Positions 18,166-26,332 of a DNA stretch of 26,332 nucleotides are shown here, piece by piece; position 1 is the stretch's first letter, and every line of letters begins with the position of its first letter. The stretch covers positions 1-26,332 of the forward strand of contig NZ_JAEDAM010000004.1 in the NCBI RefSeq assembly GCF_018420025.1, written 5' to 3'. The stretch comes from Candidatus Vampirococcus lugosii (GTDB lineage: Bacteria; Patescibacteriota; Gracilibacteria; Absconditabacterales; Absconditicoccaceae). The translations under genes were made by a program, and so were the position numbers. A model generated the notes under the pieces. That model saw nothing but the letters and a program-made list of their open reading frames with translations, was not told the DNA's origin and ran no database searches.

Positions 18166-20472
18166 TTATTCAAATAATTTTGGAGATTGTCAAATATGAT
18201 ATTTTACAATAAAATTTTCTGCATAACCAGATGTTGTATGTCATTTATTTCAAGTTCTAAATTTGTTTAAATCATACATTAATGATTTATGATAATTACC
18301 AGTTTTTTTTCATCAAGGTAATTTATAAGTACCAGCTTCTCATATAGATCATCAAATTGTATTCCTAGTATATAACCTTCATTCAAGTATTAATTGTTTA
18401 TCTAATCAAGTTGTTCTTTCATATGAGTCAGTATAATTACTAAATCAAATAGCATCATCCCATATACTTATGAAACCTCAATCTCAATATATATATGCAT
18501 TTATTTTTTTTACATCATTTTTTATAAAGATATTTCATAAATGATCGTCATCATAATGATCTCTAATTAAAACTATTCATTTCATATCAACAATATCACT
18601 ATCAATTATTAAATTTCAATTTTTAATTACTATTGTTGACACATCTGATAAATCATAAATATTTGATATATCGTCTTCATATACTATATCATCATTATTA
18701 TTAATATCTAAATATAGTATTCAATTATTTTTTTGTTCATGAACCATTCATCTTATAGACTTTAATACATTACTTTTAAATTTATTTCTAAATTCAGATG
18801 TAGAAATACTAGAAAAATTTCTTTGCTGATTTGTTATTTTTTGATTTCAAATAGCTTGTGAATATCAAATTATCCTAATTCAAGAATAACTTGAATCATC
18901 TAGTGTTACTTTCCTATCATCTGGTTCAATTCAATCAGATAAATAATATCTAACTGTATTTCAATCTAAATCATATAAAACATATGGATCTGATTCTATA
19001 CTTACATTATTTATAAATTGATCTGTACCAGTATAATTTAAAATAAATTGTAATTCTGATTTTCAATCACTTAACATGTTATTAAATCAAGTTGTATACT
19101 GTATATAATATCAATTACTTGATGAAGTTAATGTATCTAAATTTTCAGTTTTTAAACCACTTTCTCAACTCAATCCAGATAAAGATTCTTTTTTTGGAGT
19201 TAATATTAATTTTTGTTGATTTCATATTATAAATCACATTGGATCCACATTCAATTCTCAAATATATGGTTTCAAAAAACTATAACGAACTGAAGAGACT
19301 GTCATCTTCGTTCATCATAAATTAAATCATATATCTCAACTATTTGATTTAAACGGTGATCTTGATTTAATTCAAGTCATAGGCACTGAAAAAGATTTAG
19401 CAGTAGAAGTAGGTATTCAAGAAGATGAAACAGTACCAAAATTTAAAGCAGTTCAAGAATTATTTATTCTATCAGAATTTTCTCAAGATTCATCCTCTAT
19501 ATTTGTAATAGATCTTGTTCAAGGTGTTCGTTTAATTCATTTATTTTGTTTAGTAGAAGCTGATATATTAAGACTAACTTCACATGAAGAAGAATTATCA
19601 GCATATATATTATTACATGTAGAAGATGGTGTATTTAAAGCATTTATAGTTATAGTAGCTGGAGGTGTAGTAGGCTTAGGTGCATCAGGAGGACACGAAG
19701 AAGTATTACATGGTCAACAACTTGTACTACAATTTCAGTCATCATCACAAGATTCTTTACAAGTTTGACTTCAACAAGATGATCTATTAGCAGTAAAAGA
19801 AGGAGCTTGAATACACTTTATTTTTCAATCATTAGACCATGATCAAGTAACTTCACAAATAGACCAATGTGTACTCCATGATGCTATATAACTACTACAT
19901 GCAGATGTAGTTGTTGTTACTGTTAAATCTGGATCTGGATCTGGGTCTCAATCTGGATCTGGATCTGGGTCTCAATCTGGATCTGGATCTGGGTCTCAAT
20001 CTGGATCTGGATCTGGGTTTCAATCTGGATCTGGATCTGGGTCTCAATCTGGAGCTGGATCTGGGTCTCAATCTGGAGCTGGATCTGGGTCTCAATCTGG
20101 ATCTGGATCTGGGTCTCAATCTGGAGCTGGGTCTGGAGCTGGTTCTGGAGCTGGGTCTGGAGCTGGTTCTGGATCTACCACTCTAGCACTAGCTCAATTA
20201 TGACAAGCTACGGAATTTTCATCTCTATCAACCTTAGCATGATCTAGTCACCCCTCTTCAATTGCATCAAACAGTTCATCTACAGTTTCAAAAGTTGTAG
20301 CATGATTAGACCATTCATCAAGTTGTTGCTGATTACCTCATCAAACAATAACTTTTGTTCAATCTCCAATAGTAACTTCTTTTTCAAGATTTCCTAATAC
20401 TAAAGGGTTTCATAAAATAGAACTTAAAGATATAAAAACAATTATAAACATTTTATATAATATTTTTTTCAT
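18166..20472 (-). CDS. Secreted protein with an acidic Pro/Asp tandem-repeat linker, a Cys-rich module and a large C-terminal domain of unknown function
   Basis: All triplets of the 768-codon frame were checked and show no TAA/TAG. The signal-peptide-like N-terminus is MKKILYKMFIIVFISLSSILG. It contains (DPDPDPDG)x8 plus PAPD/PAPE units. The Cys-rich stretch reads SACSSYIASWSTHWSICEV...CGSQTCKESCDDDGNCSTSCGPCNTSSCPP. About 480 aa then follow that I could not assign to a family. Confidence 0.8.
19927..20175. repeat. Coding tandem repeat: 8 x 24 bp followed by degenerate 12-bp units
   Basis: The plus-strand unit ATCTGGATCTGGATCTGGGTCTCA repeats at 19927, 19951, 19975, 19999, 20023, 20047, 20071 and 20095, with a few A/G/C variants. 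AGCTGGGTCTGG/AGCTGGTTCTGG units then run to 20175. In the gene frame each 24-bp unit encodes DPDPDPDG with the Gly as TGA. Confidence 0.95.
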
Positions 20473-20481
20473 TTTTTAATT

Positions 20482-21699
20482 TTAATTATTAAATTTTAAA
20501 TCTGCTACATAATCATCAACTCATTTAACATTTCAAAACAATCAATAATTATTTCTTTTTAATTCATTATCAACAAAGATATCCCAATAATAATATTTAT
20601 TCATATTATTAAATAAATAATTCATATCCGTTTCTTTATCTTTTTTAAGTACTTCAAATACTGTAAAAAACATAATAGTGCTTCTAATTTTATTTTTTCT
20701 TAACTCTCTTTGATTATCCATAAGTATAATATCATTATCTACAACACTTAATCATTTATTCATATAATTAACAGCTAATTCAAAGTCTCAAAAATTATAT
20801 TCAACAAGTCATTTATAATAATATGCTTCATATCAATTAGGATTTAAATCAATACTTTTATCTAAATAATCATTTATTTCTTCATATAAAGAAGAATCAT
20901 TTTTCATATATAATCATCTAGCAACTCATAAATATCACATAGGATAATTTTTATTATAATTTATTGATTCTTTAGCATATTCAATAGATTTTTCTATATC
21001 TGGATTTAATTGATTAACATTTAATACTATACTACTCAAAGAATAATAAATTTCAGATTTTAAACTATTACTATTAGTATCTAAAGATTTTTTAAAATAT
21101 TTAATAGATTCTTTATATTTTCAATTCCTAGCTAAATATCTTCATATATTTCAAGATGCCTCATGATTATTATCTATATCATAAGATTTATGATAATATT
21201 TATATCATAATTTTCTATCTCACATAATATCATATACATGTCATATCTGATTCAAAAGTATAGCTGCTTCATTTTCGGAAAGATTATCCAAATTTAATGC
21301 TTTATTATAAAAATTAATTGCTAATTCATATTCTTTTATAATTTCATTTGCAAATCATTTATAATACAAAACATTAAAACTATCTTCCTTATCTTCCAAA
21401 AGATCTAATACTATAGATGAATATTTATTCTCTTCATACTTATAGACTCATTCTTGCAAATAAGAATGTAAAAGTTGATCAAATTCTGCACTATCTAAAT
21501 TATCAACTCATTTTTCAGTATAATAAGTAATTACTGTTTCATAATTTCATAACTCAATCATTTTACTTATATCTACATTATTTTCTTTATTATTAAACTC
21601 TTCATCATTAAACTCATCTTTGTTAAAAAATAAAAAATAAAATACTAGTAAAAATGAAAAAGAAAAAATTAGTAAAAATAAATATTTTTTTTGATACAT
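20482..21699 (-). CDS. Tetratricopeptide-repeat protein with N-terminal membrane anchor
   Basis: The 405-codon frame was translated row by row. The N-terminal hydrophobic segment is MYQKKYLFLLIFSFSFLLVFYFLFF. Repeated TPR-like units follow, such as YYKGFANEIIKEYELAINFYNKAL, GHVYDIMGDRKLGYKYYHKSY, RYLARNGKYKESIKYFKKSL, YLGVARGLYMKNDSSLYEEINDYLDKSIDLNP and AYYYKGLVEYNFGDFELAVNYMNKGL. The stop lies 9 nt before the next gene's start. Confidence 0.75.
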
Positions 21700-21727
21700 A
21701 TTAAATAATATAAACGAATAAATTTTA

Positions 21728-21754
21728 ATACTAATTTTTAAAAAAAATTAGTAT
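21728..21754. repeat. Perfect 12-bp inverted repeat (A/T-rich palindrome) upstream of the TPR gene
   Basis: ATACTAATTTTT (21728-21739), an AAA spacer, then AAAAATTAGTAT (21743-21754). It lies 29-55 nt upstream of the TPR ATG (21699), inside the cassette. Its function (operator or terminator) is unknown. Confidence 0.5.
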
Positions 21755-21889
21755 ATGTCAATACTATTATTTTTTTTATCTTTTTCAAGTCTTTTTTGCT
21801 TTTTATAGCAAATATGTATTTAAAGTACTCCATTTTTCAAAACCAATTTAAACCTTTTAAGGTAGTGACATTTAGTATAAATTAGTTCT

Positions 21890-22077
21890 TATTAAAAAAA
21901 TAATTAATAATCTCATTATTTTATATACAAATAAATTAATTTTATCAAGTTTACAAATTTTTGTAATACTGACAAATATTATTAAATAAACAATTTTTGC
22001 ATTTAGGATTTTTTGCAAGACATTGATATCTACCAAAAAATATAAACAATTGATGAGCTTTATTTTTTCTGTTATTA
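21890..22077. repeat. 188-bp perfect direct repeat, copy 2 (true 3' end of nth plus 61 bp downstream)
   Basis: Identical to 17791-17978 and contiguous with the rest of the nth reading frame. Confidence 0.95.
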
Positions 22078-22640
22078 GGAATTATTTCTTCCAGTATTTT
22101 TGAGGTTTGAACTTCTCTTTTAGTTTTTACAATTCAAATTCTATTTACAATTCTATGAATATGTGTATCTACAGGCATAGTAGGAATTTTATAATATTCA
22201 CTCAAAAATACTTTTGCAGTTTTTTCACCAACTCAAGGAAATTTTATTAATTCATACAAATTATCAGATATCATATATCAATATTTTTCATACATAATAA
22301 TAGAAAGATTATTTTTAATATCATTTTTTGATAAATTTAATGATTGAGTATATAATATATTACTAGTTTTATAAATATTATTTCATTTTGAATTATAAAG
22401 TCATATTGATTTTATTTTTTCTTTGAAATTATCTAATCCTATATCCAAAATATCTTTTGGAGAATTTATATAATCATAAAATTTTGCAGTTGTTTTATTT
22501 ACTTGTATATCAGTTGATTGTGCTGAAAGCATAATTGAAATTAATAATTGAAAAGGAGTTTTGTAATTCAATTGAATTTTTGCATCAGGAAATTCTTTTT
22601 CAAGTTGATCTAGTATATAATTTATATCTATATTATTCAT
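21951..22640 (-). CDS. nth: Endonuclease III (DNA-(apurinic or apyrimidinic site) lyase / glycosylase)
   Basis: The 229-codon frame has track ORF 22401-22640 as its N-terminus (MNNIDINYILDQLEKEFPDAK...LLISIMLSAQSTD). The HhH-GPD motif is LIKFPGVGEKTAKVFL followed by VDTHIHRI. The C-terminal 4Fe-4S loop is C-x6-C-x2-C-x5-C (CLAKNPKCKNCLFNNIC). Confidence 0.9.
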
Positions 22641-23598
22641 AATATTATTTCAAAATAAAATATTTTTATACAAACAAAATCTTGAATAAATAATCTCAAG
22701 CAAAAAATAAAACCCAAAATCAAGCTATCATAGCTGGCAAAAAAGGTAAACTAGATCATTGTTCTCATTTATTAATAATAGAACTTACTACAAAAAATAA
22801 TATTCACAATACAGAAGAAATTATAGTATAAATAAATACATAATAAAACAAATTAGTATATGATAAATCATACATCATAAAATGAATAAATAAACCTACA
22901 AAATAAGCGATCATTACATCTCATCATCAAATTCATTCGGCATCTTTTATTCAAAATCTAAATCTAACATAGTATTTTCCAAATATATATATAAACATAA
23001 AGAAAACAAAAAAGATAATTCAACCAAAGAAACTTCGATAAAAATTTCAAACATATCCAAAAAATTGCCAAAATATAGTCCATAAAACTAAAAATAACCA
23101 AAAATAAGTATTTACACGGAAAAATAAAATATCATAAAAAAGTAATAATACTAATAACCAGTTAATAACTAAATAATATATCATATACAAAAAAAAGTTA
23201 TTTGAAAACAGTTCAAATCAAGAATTAAGAACCATAAAATAACTAATAACAAAAGCAAATCAAGAAACTATTTCCAAAACAGGATAAAATGAACTAATTT
23301 TTGATTTACAATTTCAACATTTAGCACCAGATAACAACCATGAAAATAGTGGAATTAAATTGTACCAAGATAGTTTTTTTTTGCAATGTGGACATTCAGA
23401 TCTTCAATAAAGTATTCATTTCAAAACTTCTTTATTAATTTCTCATCTTGTTCTCCAAATCAAAACAGATCCAAAAGATCAAAATACTAAACCAAAAATA
23501 AAAATATTAACAATAATAAACCATTCTATTATTTTAAAATCAAAAATAGTATAAGATTGCATTAATTCAATATTAATAAGTGATAATAGTATTTCCAT
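22627..23598 (-). CDS. pilD: Prepilin peptidase (A24 family, PilD-like) with N-terminal Cys-x2-Cys pairs
   Basis: The 323-codon frame was translated row by row. Motifs are SECPHCKKKLSWYNLIPLFSWLLSGAKCGNCKSKIS (zinc-ribbon/methyltransferase-domain motif), the aspartyl-protease motif GIGGGDVM, and the distal SLPFLPAMIAG. It is multi-pass hydrophobic. It overlaps the nth start by 14 nt. Confidence 0.85.
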
Positions 23599-23672
23599 AC
23601 TAAAAAATATAATTATAAAAAAATAAAAAACATATTAAATATAAAAAAGCATATAAAAAAACAATTATTTTT

Positions 23673-25883
23673 TTATAATTTTTCCAAAAATTTAGTATCA
23701 ATTTTTCTTATTCAAAATTTTGGGTTATCAAATTTTACTACAACTATTTCATTCCAAGTTTCCAATATACTTCATTTACCAAATAATTTATGTTGCACTA
23801 AATCTCATTCATCATAACTTATTTGAGTATTTTTTGCACTTGATCATCATTTTATATTATAAAATTTGGTAAGATAATCAGGAATTTCTTCTACAAACCT
23901 TGATTGCTTATTGAAACTTAATTGTCATCGTTTCATTCTACTATCTGCATGAGAGAAAAATAATAAATCTTTTGCTCTAGTAATTGCAACATACATAAGT
24001 CTTCTTTCCTCTTCCATCTCTTTTTGTTCAAATTTTGCTTTGGAAAGAGGGAACATATTTTCTTCAAGTCATACTATAAATACTACTGGAAATTCAAGTC
24101 ATTTACTTCAATGTATACTCATAAGTTTTACCATATCAGGTTCAGATTCTTCAGCCTCTTCCATATCTACTAATATTGAAATTTCTTCTATAAATTGATT
24201 CATTGCATCTATTCAATTTGTGTGAGTTTTTTCATTATATTTTGATGCAAGATTTATTAATTGTCATAAATTTTCCATTTTTTCTTCTGCTTTATCTTTA
24301 CCTTCACTTGTTATTAAATAATCTTTATATTTTATTGAAGATAACAAATTATTTATAAAATCCGTTGGATAAAGTCATTCAATTTGATTTTCCAAAAATC
24401 TAATCATTGTATTAAATGATTTTATATTATTCGTAGCTCAAGCAGTTATTTTTATGGGTAATGTATCAATATTATCTATAACATAATTCATATCTAAATT
24501 ATTTGTATTGGCATATTCTTGTATATTTTGAATTGTAGTTGTTCATATTTTTCTATTTGGTGTATTTATAATTCTTTTGAGAGAAATATTATCTTTTTTA
24601 TTCATTATATATTTTATATATGAAATTATATCTTTTATTTCTTTTCTCTCAAAAAATTTAAGTCATCACCATATTTTGTAAGGAATTCATTCTTGAAGTA
24701 ATATTTGTTCAAAAGGTTGTGATTGTGAATTTGTTCTATACAAAACTGCAAAATCTGACCATTTAAATCATTTTTCTTTTTGCAATCTTTTCATCAAATC
24801 AATAATTTGTGTTGCTTCATCAAATTCATCAGTAAATCCAAAAACTCTAATATGATCAGATCATCATCTATTTGATGTTACATTTTTTTGATATTGTTTT
24901 TCATTTCTTGCTATTATAGCATTTCATGCTTGTACAATATGATCTTTTGATCTATAATTTACTTCCAATTTAAAAGTTTTTAGATCTGGCCATCGTTCTC
25001 ATAATTTCAAAAAATTATCCATAACGGCTCATCTTCGTCAATATATACTTTGAAAATCATCTCATATAAAAGTTACATTTCAATCTTGTCATAATAATTT
25101 AATTATATCAAATTGAATTTGATTAGTATCTTGTGCTTCATCTACCAAAATATATTTAAATTGTTTTCTGTATTTTTCCAATATATCTGGATATTCTTCA
25201 AACATAATTTTAGTAATCATAAGAAGATCATCAAAATCCATAGAATTTGATGCCAACATTGATTTTTGATATTTTTCATAAATTAAAGAAACTGCTTCTT
25301 CCCAATCATTTCATACTAAATATAGAAATTTTTTATAAGTTATTCATTCATTTTTAAGAGCTGATATTTTCCATTTTGCTTCTTTTGGTTCTATTTTATT
25401 TTTTAATCAATTTTCATTTATTAAATTTTTGATTAAAGTCAATGTTTCTCAAGTATCATATATACCAAATTGAGAAGTATATCAAAGTTCCGTTTTATCA
25501 ATTTCATGTTTTAGTATTTTCAAAAATATACTATGAAATGTTCCCAACCATTTTAATGTTGATTTATTTATTTTGTGAACATTTGATATTGAATTTTGTC
25601 ATAATAATTCATCAAAATCTTGAGTATTTTCTGGGATATCAATATCTTGAGATATATTAATAAGTCTTTCTTTCATTTCATTTGCAGCCTTGTTTGTAAA
25701 TGTTACTGCAAATATTTGCAAAGGATTTATTCAATAATCAAATACTAAATTTGCTATCTTGTATGTAAGAACTCTTGTTTTACCACTTCCTGCTCAAGCT
25801 AATATTAAACTACTTGTTTCTATCCATTGTGCAGCTTCTCATTGTTGTTCATTCAAAGTTTCTTTTATTACATCTTTTATCAT
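23673..25883 (-). CDS. pcrA: UvrD/PcrA-family ATP-dependent DNA helicase
   Basis: All triplets of the 736-codon frame were checked. Motifs are [15 protein letters not shown] (motif I), [12 protein letters not shown] (Ia), [10 protein letters not shown] (II), FIGDDFQSIYGRRGA (III), VNYRS (IV), [18 protein letters not shown] (V) and [12 protein letters not shown] (VI). Confidence 0.92.
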
Positions 25884-26332
25884 TTTTGAAAAAAATATTA
25901 TTTTAATTAAAAATTATAACCAGTATAATAATCAAAAACTTATGAAATTCAATTAATTATGAATATAATCTTATACAACTAAATTAGAGAAAAAAATGAA
26001 TACTATAATATATATCTTTCAATATAATTTACAATCATTTCGAAAAGTCAGCACTTACAAAAACTTTATCTAAATTAGAACATTAACCTTCTGCAGTAAA
26101 AAAATAAAAAAAATTGAAAAGTTAATTAAGAAGTGATCTTTATAGAGTAAATTTTCTAAATACTTGATTTAGACAAGGATTTACGATAATCTAAAAAAGT
26201 ATTTATGTACTAAACAAATTTTATAATTTTATTTTAAATAATTTAAATATTTTTTCTTGAAGCTCATTTATTTGTTCTACTTTATTTATTCTCAACAAGT
26301 AAGTAATATCAAATTATTTATTTAATTTTATT

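Larger units (their letters stand above)
17979..21889 (-). mobile_element. Putative inserted two-gene cassette (TPR protein plus secreted repeat protein) in the 3' end of nth
   Basis: The 3911-bp segment lies between 188-bp perfect direct repeats that duplicate the nth 3' end. It has its own upstream palindrome and its own terminator. No integrase or transposase is present. Confidence 0.45.

Noticed and set aside
19895-20186. Track ORFs encoding an Arg/Ser-rich peptide (RPRSRSRL..., minus) and a Leu/Asp/Gly-rich peptide (LDLDLGLN..., plus)
   Set aside because: They are alternative frames of the 24-bp tandem repeat. Neither continues beyond the repeat. The TGA-containing minus frame is continuous for 768 codons with a signal peptide.
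1-26332. Translation table 4 (TGA=Trp, Mycoplasma-like) as the explanation for missing ORFs
   Set aside because: TGA occupies obligate glycines of Walker A loops (GxxGxGKT), GGYPE, GGAE and IGF motifs. Trp positions use TGG. Table 25 fits and table 4 does not.

Overview
This is very AT-rich bacterial DNA (roughly three quarters A+T by eye, not computed) that cannot be read with the standard code. The supplied ORF track has nothing longer than 138 aa. Reading TGA as a sense codon resolves the window into 20 tightly packed genes. TGA falls on invariant glycines of Walker A and other family motifs, so this is translation table 25 (TGA=Gly), meaning a Candidatus Gracilibacteria / Absconditabacteria (SR1)-type CPR genome. 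Layout: 43-7184 (+) is an eight-gene glycan-modification locus with two GT4 glycosyltransferases, three methyltransferases, a P-loop protein and two sulfotransferases. 7339-10110 (+) holds two divergent AAA+ ATPase/DUF4143 genes, the first frameshifted. 10107-11642 (-) is a Wzx-like flippase. 11726-12890 (-) is an AbiEi/AbiEii toxin-antitoxin pair. 13128-17390 (-) holds an exonuclease-DinG-like protein and a ClpC-like ATPase without an N-domain. 18166-21699 (-) holds a secreted acidic-repeat/Cys-rich protein and a membrane-anchored TPR protein. 21951-25883 (-) holds nth, a prepilin peptidase and pcrA/uvrD. The main hunt result is three separate accessory cassettes (ATPase genes, AbiE module, TPR plus secreted protein). 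Each is bracketed by direct repeats that are copies of the adjoining host gene end: the wzx 3' tail in three copies, the wzx 5' leader in two copies of 34 bp, and the nth 3' end in two copies of 188 bp. No integrase or transposase is present anywhere in the window. No rRNA, tRNA or CRISPR array was recognised.
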